Positions 1 to 8,859 of a stretch of DNA of 64,000 nt are shown here, one piece after another (within the stretch, counting starts at the first letter, position 1; each line of letters opens with the position of its first letter). Both the position numbers and the translations under genes were made by a program. The notes beneath the pieces were generated by a model that had not been told where the DNA came from, searched no databases, and was given only the letters and a program-made list of their open reading frames with translations. Source of the stretch: Acidobacteriota bacterium (lineage in GTDB: Bacteria > Acidobacteriota > Vicinamibacteria > Vicinamibacterales > 2-12-FULL-66-21); NCBI GenBank assembly GCA_031393955.1, contig JANMWI010000034.1, forward strand, positions 433 to 64,432, written 5' to 3'.

Positions 1-2
1 AC

Positions 3-437
3 CGCCTGTCCGACCGCGTCACCGTGCACCACGAGGCCGTCAGCGACGGCCCGGGCGTGGCGCGGTTTATCGGCGACGGCGTTCAGGGGGACAACCGGCT
101 GGCCGGCGACGGCGCCGGAACGATCGACGTCACGACGACGAGCCTCGACGCAATCTGCGCGGCGCACGGCCTGACGCCGGCGCTGATCAAGCTCGACGTC
201 GAGGGCGCGGAGCTGGCGGTCCTGCGCGGCGCGCGCGCGACGATCGCGGCGGCGGGTGACGCGCTCGCGCTCTACATGGAGATCCATCCGCACCTCTGGG
301 CGTCGTTCGGCTACGGGCAGGCGGAGCTCGAGCACGAGCTGGACCGCCAGGGCCTCCGCCCCGAGCGGCTCGACGGCCGGCCCGACCCGTGGGGACTCGC
401 CGGTGTGTGCCTGAGGCTGCGACGATGCGCGTCCTGA
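3..437 (+). CDS. FkbM-family SAM-dependent methyltransferase, C-terminal part (5' end outside window)
   Basis: The frame of ORF 24..437 stays open to the window edge. The segment TSLDAICAAHGLTPALIKLDVEGAELAVLRGA is the typical FkbM-type methyltransferase motif. The 3' end overlaps the next gene. Confidence 0.6.
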   Translation, partial: RLSDRVTVHHEAVSDGPGVARFIGDGVQGDNRLAGDGAGTIDVTTTSLDAICAAHGLTPALIKLDVEGAELAVLRGARATIAAAGDALALYMEIHPHLWASFGYGQAELEHELDRQGLRPERLDGRPDPWGLAGVCLRLRRCAS

Positions 438-1615
438 TCGCGCATGAGGCGCCGGCTGGCGGCGGCGGTGTCGAGAGCTATCTCGCCGCGATCATGCCCG
501 CGCTCCGCTCGCGCGGACACCAGGTCGCCTTCCTGTGCGCCGATTCTCGCCGGGGAGAGGGGCCGACGCGCCTGGACGACGCCGCGGAGGTGATGAGCGT
601 GGCGGACGAGGGCATGGCGGGTGCGATGACTCGCGTCGGCCGCTGGAGCCCGGACGTCTGCTTTTCGCACAACATGGGTCCGCTGGCCGTGGACGAGCAG
701 CTGCTGGCGACCTGTCCGGTCGTCAAGATGATGCACGGCTACTTCGGCACCTGCATCAGCGGTCTCAAGTCGCACGCCTTTCCGGCGGTCCGCCCCTGCT
801 CGCGCGTGCTGGGCGCGGCCTGCCTGGCGCTCTATTTTCCGCGGCGCTGCGGTCAGCTCCGGCCGGCACTGATGGTCGATCAGTTTCGTTGGGCGGCGCG
901 CCAGCAGCGGCTCTTCACCCGGTACGCGCAGGTCGTCGTCGCCAGCCGGCACATGGCGCACGAATACGCGCGCCACGGCGTCGACGACGGACGCCTCACC
1001 GTCGCGCCGCTGTTTTCGACGATCGCGGCCGCGGAGCTCGTGCGGACCCCGCCGGCTGACCCGCTGGTCGTGTTTGTTGGCCGGATGACGGACCTCAAGG
1101 GGGGGGACATCCTGATTCGCGCCGCCGCCGGCGCACGGGCACCTGGCGGGCGCCCGCTGCGGCTCGCGTTTGCCGGCAGCGGACCGGCCGAGGCGTCATG
1201 GCGTGCGCTCGCCCGCGACCGTGGCGTCGACGCGGTCTTTCACGGCTGGGTCACCGGCGAGGCGCGCGACCGCGTGCTGCGAAGCGCGAGCCTGCTCGCG
1301 GTGCCAAGCCTGTGGCCGGAACCGTTCGGGCTGGTCGGCGTCGAGGCGGCGGCGCACGGCGTTCCGGCAGTGGCGTTCGACGTCGGCGGGATCGGCGAGT
1401 GGCTGCGCGACGACGTCAGCGGCGTACTGGTGAAGGAAGTCGGCGACCCCGAGTCGCTCGGCCGTGCGATGCGGCTAGCCCTCGAGGACGAGCGGCTGGC
1501 GCGGCTGGGTGCGGGCGCGCGCCAGGTTGCCGCGGAGCTGAGCCTGCCGGCCCACCTCGACACCATCGAACGGGTCCTGGCGCGGGCGGCCGGATCGGCG
1601 AGGACCGCCGCGTGA
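425..1615 (+). CDS. Glycosyltransferase, GT-B fold / family 4
   Basis: Trimmed from ORF 389..1615 to ATG 425 (MRVLIAHEAP...). The C-terminal half has the GT4 signature PSLWPEPFGLVGVEAAAHGVPAVAFDVGGIGEWL. Confidence 0.8.
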   Translation: MRVLIAHEAPAGGGGVESYLAAIMPALRSRGHQVAFLCADSRRGEGPTRLDDAAEVMSVADEGMAGAMTRVGRWSPDVCFSHNMGPLAVDEQLLATCPVVKMMHGYFGTCISGLKSHAFPAVRPCSRVLGAACLALYFPRRCGQLRPALMVDQFRWAARQQRLFTRYAQVVVASRHMAHEYARHGVDDGRLTVAPLFSTIAAAELVRTPPADPLVVFVGRMTDLKGGDILIRAAAGARAPGGRPLRLAFAGSGPAEASWRALARDRGVDAVFHGWVTGEARDRVLRSASLLAVPSLWPEPFGLVGVEAAAHGVPAVAFDVGGIGEWLRDDVSGVLVKEVGDPESLGRAMRLALEDERLARLGAGARQVAAELSLPAHLDTIERVLARAAGSARTAA

Positions 1616-2754
1616 CGCGCACCTTTCATCTCCTGACCGGCGAGTACCCGCCGCAGACCGGCGGCGTCGGCGACTACACCCGTATCGTGGCGCGCGGCCT
1701 CGCGGCGCGCGGCTTCAACGTGCATGTGTGGTGTCCGGAGGTGACCGCCGGCGTCGCCGAGCGCGTCCACCTGCACAGCCTGCCCGACCGCTTCGGCCCG
1801 GGCGCGCGCGACGCCCTCGCCTCGGCGTTCGCCGCCGCACCGGGTGCGGTCGTCGTCCAGTACGTTCCGAACGCCTTCGGGGCGCGCGGCGCCAACGTGG
1901 CCTTCTGCCTCTGGCTGCTCGGCCTCCACCGGCAGGCGGTCGACGTGCGGGTGATGTTCCACGAACCCTATTTCTATTTTTCCCGGACCCGCCCGTCGCG
2001 CAACCTGCTGGCAGCGGCGCAGCGCGTCATGGCGGCGCTGCTGCTCAAGGCCAGCCCGGTCGCCTACATTTCGACGGCGACCTGGCAGCGATATCTTCGA
2101 CCGTGGGGGGCGCGCGCCTTCGTCGAGCTGCCGATCCCCGCGACGATCGCGTCGACCGCGGGCGCGGACGAGATCTCGCGCTGGCGGGCGACGCTGGCCG
2201 GTACGACCGCCGGGACGCGCCTTGTCGGCCACTTCGGGACGTTCGGCGATCATGTCGCTCGAGAGCTCGAGCCCGCGATCGTCGCGGTGCTCGACGCCGT
2301 ACCGGACGCGCGCTTCGTCTGCATCGGCAGGGGAGCGGAGGCCTTCGCGGCGCGGCTGCGCCGGCGTCACACCGTGCTCGGACCGCGCATCGTCGCGACC
2401 CGGGAGGGCCTGTCCGGCGAGGAGGTGGCGGCGGTCCTCGGCGCCTGCGACGTCGCGCTGCAGCCCTACCCTGACGGCGTCACGACCCGCCGCACTTCCG
2501 TGATGGCGGCGCTCGCCAACGGCATCGCGGTCGTCACCACCGACGGCGCGCTGACCGAGCCGATCTGGCGGGCCACCGGCGCGGTCTCGCTTGCGCCGGC
2601 CGGGGCGGCGCAAGCGCTCGGCACGGCCGTGTCCGGCCTTCTCGCCGATGCCGCCGCGCGCACGGCGCTCGCCGAGCGCGGCCGCCGCGTCTACGAGGAC
2701 CAGTTCGCGATCGGACATACCCTCGATCGCCTGGCCGGCCGGGAGGCGGCATGA
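1612..2754 (+). CDS. Glycosyltransferase, GT-B fold / family 4-like
   Basis: GTG 1612 overlaps the previous stop (GTGA). The N-terminus is VTRTFHLLTGEYPPQTGGVGDYT. The Arg-rich 5' extension of ORF 1198..2754 overlaps the upstream gene and was discarded. Confidence 0.7.
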   Translation: MTRTFHLLTGEYPPQTGGVGDYTRIVARGLAARGFNVHVWCPEVTAGVAERVHLHSLPDRFGPGARDALASAFAAAPGAVVVQYVPNAFGARGANVAFCLWLLGLHRQAVDVRVMFHEPYFYFSRTRPSRNLLAAAQRVMAALLLKASPVAYISTATWQRYLRPWGARAFVELPIPATIASTAGADEISRWRATLAGTTAGTRLVGHFGTFGDHVARELEPAIVAVLDAVPDARFVCIGRGAEAFAARLRRRHTVLGPRIVATREGLSGEEVAAVLGACDVALQPYPDGVTTRRTSVMAALANGIAVVTTDGALTEPIWRATGAVSLAPAGAAQALGTAVSGLLADAAARTALAERGRRVYEDQFAIGHTLDRLAGREAA

Positions 2755-3911
2755 CCGGTCGGCCGCTGCGCATCCTGCTTGTCGGCGACTACGCTGACGA
2801 TCCTCGTCTCGGTTCCGCGAAAGTGCCGTACAAACTACGCGAGGAATTCGCCGCCGCCGGCCACGAGTGCGACGTGCTCTTTGCGGGCGATCTCGGCGCG
2901 CGGCCGGCGGGCCGTCAGCTCCGGCAGCTCGCCGCGCCGGCGCTCGCCTTTCGCGCCATTCGCCGCGCCTTTGCGAGGCGTGACTACGACGTCGTCGATG
3001 CCGCCAGCGCCGAGGGGCTGTGGTTCGGCGCGGCACGGCGGCTCGGACGCTGGCCGGCGACGGTCTTCGTCTGCCGGTCCAACGGGCTCGAACACGCAAA
3101 CTACCGGCGAATGCTCGACGACAGCCGCGCCGGGCTGTCACGGAAGCCGTGGCCGCGCCGCATCTGGTACCCGGCGTCGCGGCTGTCGCAGGTGGCGGCG
3201 GCGGCCCGCCTCTCGGATCGGATGATCGTCCTGAACGAGCAGGACCGGCAGTTTGCGGTCGGCCGCGGCTGGCAGGCTCCGGACCGTATACACGTCGTCG
3301 CGCACGGCGTCTCGAGCCGTTTTCTGGCGGGGCCGCCCGCCACGGGCGAGCGGGGAGCCGGCGTGCTGTTCTGTGGATCCTGGGATCAGGTGAAAGGCAT
3401 TCACTATCTTGCCGAAGCGTTCGATCTCCTGGCACGCGCCGGCACGCCGGTGCCGCTGACGATTCTCGGGCCCGGTCCGGACGCCGCCACCGTGCTGAGC
3501 GCCTTCGCAGAGGAAACACGGCGCTACGTCACGGTTCTCGAGCGCCTGCCGGAGGAGGCGGTGGTCGCGGAGTACCGCCGCCACGATCTGCTGGTGTTGC
3601 CCTCGACCTACGAAGGCTTTGGTCTGGTTGTGATTGAGGCGATGAGCCAGGGCCTGCCGGTCGTCGCTACGCCCGTCGGCTGTGTGCCGCAGCTTGTCGC
3701 TGACGGCGAGACCGGGACGATCGTGCCGGCGCGCGACAGCCAGGCGCTCGCCGCCGCGATCAGCCGCCTGATGGCGTCGCCCGGCGACCGTGCCCGGTTC
3801 GGCGCCGCGGCGGCGGCGCGTGTTTCGGGGCTATCCTGGGCCCGCACCGCCAGGGAAACACTCGCCGTCTACGAGGCGGCGCGTAGCGCCGGCCAGAAGA
3901 GGGCGGCGTGA
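2751..3911 (+). CDS. Glycosyltransferase family 4
   Basis: ATGA overlap with the upstream gene. Contains STYEGFGLVVIEAMSQGLPVVATPVGCVPQLV (E-x7-E type motif). Confidence 0.8.
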   Translation: MTGRPLRILLVGDYADDPRLGSAKVPYKLREEFAAAGHECDVLFAGDLGARPAGRQLRQLAAPALAFRAIRRAFARRDYDVVDAASAEGLWFGAARRLGRWPATVFVCRSNGLEHANYRRMLDDSRAGLSRKPWPRRIWYPASRLSQVAAAARLSDRMIVLNEQDRQFAVGRGWQAPDRIHVVAHGVSSRFLAGPPATGERGAGVLFCGSWDQVKGIHYLAEAFDLLARAGTPVPLTILGPGPDAATVLSAFAEETRRYVTVLERLPEEAVVAEYRRHDLLVLPSTYEGFGLVVIEAMSQGLPVVATPVGCVPQLVADGETGTIVPARDSQALAAAISRLMASPGDRARFGAAAAARVSGLSWARTARETLAVYEAARSAGQKRAA

Positions 3912-4816
3912 GCGCGCTGACCGTCGGCATCACGACGCGCAACCGTCCCGCCTCGCTCGAGCGCTGCGTCCGCTCGCTGCGCGTGCTGGCTCCGCTGTCG
4001 CCGCGCATCATTGTCTTTGACGATGCGTCAGAGATCCCCGCCGGCGAGTCGCTCGCCGCGGCCGGGCTCGACGCCGCCGGCGTGACCGTGATTCGCGATG
4101 ACGGCCACCGCGGCTACATCGTCGGACGCAACCGGATCGTCGCGGCGGCGCGCACGCCCTACGTGCTGCTGCTGGATGACGACACGGTCGTGCTGTCAGT
4201 GGCGGCGGTCCGGTCGGCGATGGCGGTGCTGGATGAGGATCCCGAGGTCGCCGCCGTGGGATTCGCGCAGGCGGAGGCCGATGGCCAACCGTGGCCCGAG
4301 CGGATGCAGCCGGGCCGCGGCTCCGCCCCGGTCTATGTCAGCGCGTTCATCGGCTTCGGCCATCTGCTGCGGCGCGACAGCTTCGAGCGGCTGGGCGGCT
4401 ATCGCGAAAGCTTCGGATACTACGGCGAGGAGAAGGATTACTGCGTCCGCCTCCTCGATGCCGGCCAGCGGGTCGTCTACCTGCCTGATGCGCTCGTCGC
4501 GCACATCCCCGATCAGGCCGGCCGCAGCGCGACGCGCTACGTGCGCTTCGCCATCCGTAACGATTGCCTGTATTCGCTCTATAACGAACCGTGGCCGATC
4601 GTCGTGCTCGGCCTGCCGCTGCGGCTGTGGCGCTACCGGCAGATGAAGGCCGCCACCGGCGCGGAAGGCGGCGGCGGGCGGTGGATTGCCGCGGAGCTCG
4701 CCGGCCTGCTGCCGGACGTCTGGCGCCATCGCCGCGCGGTATCGTGGAAGACCTTCCGGGAGTGGCGCCGGTTGTCGCGGACGATGGTGCCGTATCGGGC
4801 GGCCGGGCGGGCATGA
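3908..4816 (+). CDS. Glycosyltransferase family 2
   Basis: GTGA overlap with the upstream gene. GT-A features: LTVGITTRNRPASLERCVRSL, IIVFDDASE, VLLLDDDTVV (DxD). Confidence 0.8.
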   Translation: MSALTVGITTRNRPASLERCVRSLRVLAPLSPRIIVFDDASEIPAGESLAAAGLDAAGVTVIRDDGHRGYIVGRNRIVAAARTPYVLLLDDDTVVLSVAAVRSAMAVLDEDPEVAAVGFAQAEADGQPWPERMQPGRGSAPVYVSAFIGFGHLLRRDSFERLGGYRESFGYYGEEKDYCVRLLDAGQRVVYLPDALVAHIPDQAGRSATRYVRFAIRNDCLYSLYNEPWPIVVLGLPLRLWRYRQMKAATGAEGGGGRWIAAELAGLLPDVWRHRRAVSWKTFREWRRLSRTMVPYRAAGRA

Positions 4817-5943
4817 AGCGCCTCCTGACGATCGGCCACTCCTACGTCGTCGCGCTCAACCGGCGGCTCGCGGACGAAATGGCGCGCGAGGGGGAGGGCC
4901 GCTGGAGCGTAACCGCCGCCGCGCCGGCGCGGTATCACGGCGACCTGCGCCACCTCACGTTCGAAGCCGGAAACGAGGACGCCTGCGTGACGCGGCAGCT
5001 GTCGTCTCACGCGAGCCGGGTCCCGCACCTGATGCTCTACGGCGGCCTGCGCCGGCTGATGGCGGAGCCGTGGGACCTGATCCACTGCTGGGAGGAGCCC
5101 TACGTCGCGGCGGGCGCCCAGATCGCCGCGATGGCGCCGGCCGAGGCGCGGCTGGTCTTCGCGACATTCCAGAATCTGCCGAAGTTCTACCCGCCGCCGT
5201 TCAACTGGTTCGAGCGGCGTGTCCTCCGCCGTGCGGACGGCTGGATCGCCTTCGGCAGGACGGTCCACGACACGCAGATGCAGCGGTCCGGCTATGCCGC
5301 GCTGCCGTCGCGCGTCATCCCGCCGGGTGTCGACACTCGGGTCTTCGCGCCGGATGCCGCTGGGCGGGCGGATGTCAGGCGGGCACGCGGCTGGGGCGAC
5401 GAGACGCCGGTCGTCGGCTTCCTCGGCCGCTTCGTCGCGGCGAAAGGCATGGACATCCTCACCGCGGCGCTCCGCCGGATCGAGGCGCCGTGGCGCGCGC
5501 TGTTTGTCGGCGGCGGCGATGACCGCGCCGCCATCGATGCGCTGGCGGCGTCCTTTCCGGGGCGCGTCAGCATCGCCACCGGGGTGGCGCATCGAGACGT
5601 GCCACAGTATCTCAACGCGATGGATCTGCTCTGCGCGCCGAGCCGGACGACGCCAGCCTGGCGGGAGCAGTTTGGCAGGATGCTGACCGAAGCCATGGCG
5701 TGCGGGGTGCCGGTGCTGGCCAGCCGCAGCGGAGAGATTCCGCACGTCGTCGGTGATGCCGGCATGCTGCTGGAAGAGAGCGACGTGGACGGATGGGCCC
5801 GGGCGATCGCCCTGGTGATGGCGGAGCCGGCGCGGCGGCGGGAGATGGCCGATCGAGGGCTGCGGCGGTCGCGGCTGGAATTCGCGTGGCCGGTGGTCGC
5901 GCGCCAGCACCTCGCCTTTTTCGATGAGCTGGTGACGCGATGA
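4813..5943 (+). CDS. Glycosyltransferase family 4
   Basis: Trimmed from ORF 4591..5943 to ATG 4813 (MKRLLTIGHSYVV), which forms an ATGA overlap. Contains EQFGRMLTEAMACGVPVLASRSGEIPHVV. Confidence 0.75.
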   Translation: MKRLLTIGHSYVVALNRRLADEMAREGEGRWSVTAAAPARYHGDLRHLTFEAGNEDACVTRQLSSHASRVPHLMLYGGLRRLMAEPWDLIHCWEEPYVAAGAQIAAMAPAEARLVFATFQNLPKFYPPPFNWFERRVLRRADGWIAFGRTVHDTQMQRSGYAALPSRVIPPGVDTRVFAPDAAGRADVRRARGWGDETPVVGFLGRFVAAKGMDILTAALRRIEAPWRALFVGGGDDRAAIDALAASFPGRVSIATGVAHRDVPQYLNAMDLLCAPSRTTPAWREQFGRMLTEAMACGVPVLASRSGEIPHVVGDAGMLLEESDVDGWARAIALVMAEPARRREMADRGLRRSRLEFAWPVVARQHLAFFDELVTR

Positions 5944-7124
5944 CGGCCCCGCTGAAAGTGGCGGTCCTCGCGGATCTGCTCGAGGAGCGATGGCCGAGCA
6001 TGGACCTCGTCGCCGAGATGCTCGTCGCCCATCTGCGGGCCGATCATGCCGGAGCGATCGAGCCGGTGCTGATCCGGCCGGCCTTGCGCCCCCGCGCGGC
6101 GAGGCTGCCCGGGGCGCGAGATTCACGCGCCGCCTTCACCGCCGACCGCTTCACCAACCGCTTGTGGGACTATCCCGCGGTCACGCGCGGCATCGCCCGG
6201 AGCTTCGACGTCTTCCACGTCGTCGATCACAGCTACGCCCATCTCGTCCATACGCTGCCGGCCGAACGGACGCTCGTCACCTGCCACGATCTCGACACCT
6301 TCCGATCGATTCTCGAGCCCGATCGCGAGGCGCGGTCGATCCTGTTCCGCTCGATGACGCGGCGGATTCTCAGCGGCCTGCAGGCGGCGGGGCACGTCGC
6401 CTGCGATACCGAGGCGACGCGCGAGGCGCTGGTCGCGCGGGCCGGGATTGATCCGGCGCGGACCACTGTCGTTTTGAACGGGCCGCACCCGAGCTGCACG
6501 CCGGCGGCGGAGCCGGCCGCCGACGTCGAGGCGGCGCGCCTGCTCGGGCCGGCCGGACGGATGACCGAGATCCTGCACGTCGGCAGCACGATTGCCCGGA
6601 AGCGGATCGACGTCCTCCTGCACGTTCTCGATGCCGTGCGGCGGCAGCGGCCGGACGTGCGGCTGGTGCGCGTCGGCGGTCCCTTCACCGGCGAGCAGCG
6701 GGCGCTCGTGCGCGATCTCGGCCTGGACGATGTGATTGTCGTGCTGCCGTTTCTCGATCGCGCGACGCTGGCGGCGGTCTACCGGCGGAGCGCCGTGGTG
6801 CTGCTGCCGTCCGAGCGTGAGGGGTTCGGCCTGCCGGTGCTCGAGGCGCTCGCCTGCGGCACCCCGGTGGTGGCGAGCGACATCGAGGCGCTGCGCGAAG
6901 TCGGTGCCGAGGCCGTCCGCTACTGCCCGGCCGATGACGTCGAGGCGTGGACCGCCGCGGTGGTGGCCGCGCTCGACGAGCGCCGCGCCGATCCGGCCGG
7001 ATGGGGGGAGCGGCGTTCGGCGGGCATCGCCCGCGCCGCGTCGTTCAGCTGGTCACGATATACGCGCGAGGTGGTGGCGCTGTACCGCCGTCTCGCGCCT
7101 GTTCCGGCCGCCGCGTCGTCATGA
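5940..7124 (+). CDS. Glycosyltransferase family 4
   Basis: ATGA overlap with the upstream gene. Contains PSEREGFGLPVLEALACGTPVVASDIEALREV. Confidence 0.75.
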   Translation: MTAPLKVAVLADLLEERWPSMDLVAEMLVAHLRADHAGAIEPVLIRPALRPRAARLPGARDSRAAFTADRFTNRLWDYPAVTRGIARSFDVFHVVDHSYAHLVHTLPAERTLVTCHDLDTFRSILEPDREARSILFRSMTRRILSGLQAAGHVACDTEATREALVARAGIDPARTTVVLNGPHPSCTPAAEPAADVEAARLLGPAGRMTEILHVGSTIARKRIDVLLHVLDAVRRQRPDVRLVRVGGPFTGEQRALVRDLGLDDVIVVLPFLDRATLAAVYRRSAVVLLPSEREGFGLPVLEALACGTPVVASDIEALREVGAEAVRYCPADDVEAWTAAVVAALDERRADPAGWGERRSAGIARAASFSWSRYTREVVALYRRLAPVPAAASS

Positions 7125-8254
7125 GCCGCGCCGGGTCCCCGATCCGCGTCGTGCATGTCGGCAAGTTCTACCCGCCGGTCGCCGGCGGCATGGAGCGGGT
7201 CGTCGAATCGCTGTGCGAAGGAACGGCCGACGCTGTCGAGAGCGGCGTGATTGCCTTCAATACCGGGCGGGCGACGGTGCGCGAGGAACGGCACGGCGTC
7301 GCGGTGACCCGGGTCGGTACGATCGGCGCGGCCGGTTCGGTGCCGATCGCGCCGGGGCTGGCGGCGGAGCTGCGGCGGGCGCGCGGCGACGTGATGGTCG
7401 TCCATGAGCCGAATCCGTGGGCGCTGCTGGCGCTCGCGGTGACCCGGCCGACGCTGCCCATCGTGGTCTGGTTCCACAGCGAGGTGGTGCGTCCGCGCCT
7501 GCAGTACCAGTTGTTCTACCATCCGATGGTGCGCCGCGTATACGACCGCGCCGCGCGGATCGTCGTGTCCTCGCCGCTGCTCGCCGAGCATGCCGCCGCG
7601 CTGGCACCGTACCGCGAACGGACGCGGGTCATTCCGTTCGGGATCGATCCGGAGCGCTGGGTGGCGACGGCGGCGGTTCGCGCCCGCGCCGCGGAGATCC
7701 GCGCCGCCGCCGGGCCGACGCCGCTGGTGCTGTTCGCCGGCCGGATGGTGCCCTACAAGGGGGTCGACGTCCTGCTCCGTGCGCTGGCCGGTCTGGATGT
7801 CTCGGCGGTGCTGGTCGGTGACGGCCCGTCGCGCGGGAGCTGGACGACGCTGGCCGGGGCGCTCGGCCTCGGCAGCCGCGTCCGCTTCGCCGGGGAGGTG
7901 CCGCACGAGGAGCTGGCGGCGCTCTATCACGCCTGCGACCTCTTCGTCCTGCCGTCCGTGACGCGGGCGGAGGCGTTCGGCTACGTCCAGCTCGAGGCGA
8001 TGGCGTGCGCCAAGCCGGTGGTCAGCACGCGGCTGCCGTCGGGAGTGCCGTGGGTCAACCGCCACGGTGAAACCGGGCTGACGGTGCCGCCCGGTGACGT
8101 CGACAGTCTGCGCCGCGCGATTGTCGAGCTCGCCGGCGACGAGTCGCTGAGGCGCCGGTTCGGCCACGCCGGACGGGTCCGCGTCGAGACGGCGTTCACG
8201 CTGGCGATCATGCGAAGCGCCGCCGCGGCGGTCTATCGGGAAGCGGTGTCGTGA
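7121..8254 (+). CDS. Glycosyltransferase family 4
   Basis: Trimmed from ORF 6947..8254 to ATG 7121 (MSRAGSPIRVVHVGKFYPPVAGGME), which forms an ATGA overlap. Contains EAFGYVQLEAMACAKPVVSTRLPSGVPWV. Confidence 0.8.
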   Translation: MSRAGSPIRVVHVGKFYPPVAGGMERVVESLCEGTADAVESGVIAFNTGRATVREERHGVAVTRVGTIGAAGSVPIAPGLAAELRRARGDVMVVHEPNPWALLALAVTRPTLPIVVWFHSEVVRPRLQYQLFYHPMVRRVYDRAARIVVSSPLLAEHAAALAPYRERTRVIPFGIDPERWVATAAVRARAAEIRAAAGPTPLVLFAGRMVPYKGVDVLLRALAGLDVSAVLVGDGPSRGSWTTLAGALGLGSRVRFAGEVPHEELAALYHACDLFVLPSVTRAEAFGYVQLEAMACAKPVVSTRLPSGVPWVNRHGETGLTVPPGDVDSLRRAIVELAGDESLRRRFGHAGRVRVETAFTLAIMRSAAAAVYREAVS

Positions 8255-8859
8255 TGGGCAAGCGCGCGCTCGACGTGCTGCTGTCGTCGTTCGGGTTGCT
8301 GGCGTCGGCGCCGCTGTGGGCCGTCCTGGCCGCAGCGATCAAGGCCGGGGACGGCGGTCCGGTGTTCTACGCGCAGGAGCGGGTCGGGCTCGGCGGCCGC
8401 ACTTTCCGGGCGCTGAAGTTCCGCTCGATGCGTCCGGACGCCGAGGCCGCGACCGGCGCGGTGCAGGCGATGGCCGCCGATTCCAGGGTCACGCCGATCG
8501 GCCGGCTGATGCGCGCCACCGCGATGGACGAATTGCCGCAGCTCTGGAACATCCTGCGCGGCGATATGAGCTTCGTCGGTCCGCGGGCGCTGCGCCCGGG
8601 GGAGATTGAAGCCGACGGCGACGGCCGGCTGGTGCGTCTTGAGGACGTGCCCGGCTTCGCGCAGCGGATCCTCGTCCGGCCGGGGCTGACCGGCATCGCG
8701 CAGGTCTACGCCCGTCGCGACATCCCGCGGCGCCAGAAGTTCCGCTACGACCGCCTCTACGTGCGCCAGCGCTCGTGGCTGCTCGACGTACGATTGATTC
8801 TGCTGTCGTTTTGGATTAGCGTGCATGGCACATGGGAAGCGCGTGGTAGGAAGTACTGA
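8251..8859 (+). CDS. Polyprenyl-phosphate sugar-phosphate transferase (bacterial sugar transferase family, small PglC / WbaP-C-terminal type priming enzyme)
   Basis: One N-terminal hydrophobic helix (LLSSFGLLASAPLWAVLAAAI). Also GGPVFYAQERVGLGGRTFRALKFRSM, DELPQLWNILRGDMSFVGPRAL and GLTGIAQV. The start is GTG 8251 or ATG 8254, overlapping the previous stop. Confidence 0.85.
   Translation: MMGKRALDVLLSSFGLLASAPLWAVLAAAIKAGDGGPVFYAQERVGLGGRTFRALKFRSMRPDAEAATGAVQAMAADSRVTPIGRLMRATAMDELPQLWNILRGDMSFVGPRALRPGEIEADGDGRLVRLEDVPGFAQRILVRPGLTGIAQVYARRDIPRRQKFRYDRLYVRQRSWLLDVRLILLSFWISVHGTWEARGRKY

Noticed and set aside
1240-3519. A very long ORF antisense or out of frame to the called genes. This one is 759 aa. 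Others of the same kind are 4633..6126(-), 6920..8167(-), 13170..15623(+), 25105..26595(-), 31929..33887(+), 40465..41529(-), 46105..48057(+), 49136..51157(+), 50967..54038(+), 54827..56836(+) and 56394..58826(+).
   Set aside because: Their translations are Arg/Pro/Gly/Ala-rich low-complexity strings without any family motif. Each overlaps a gene with strong, specific signatures in another frame or on the other strand. Long stop-free shadow frames are expected at this GC content.
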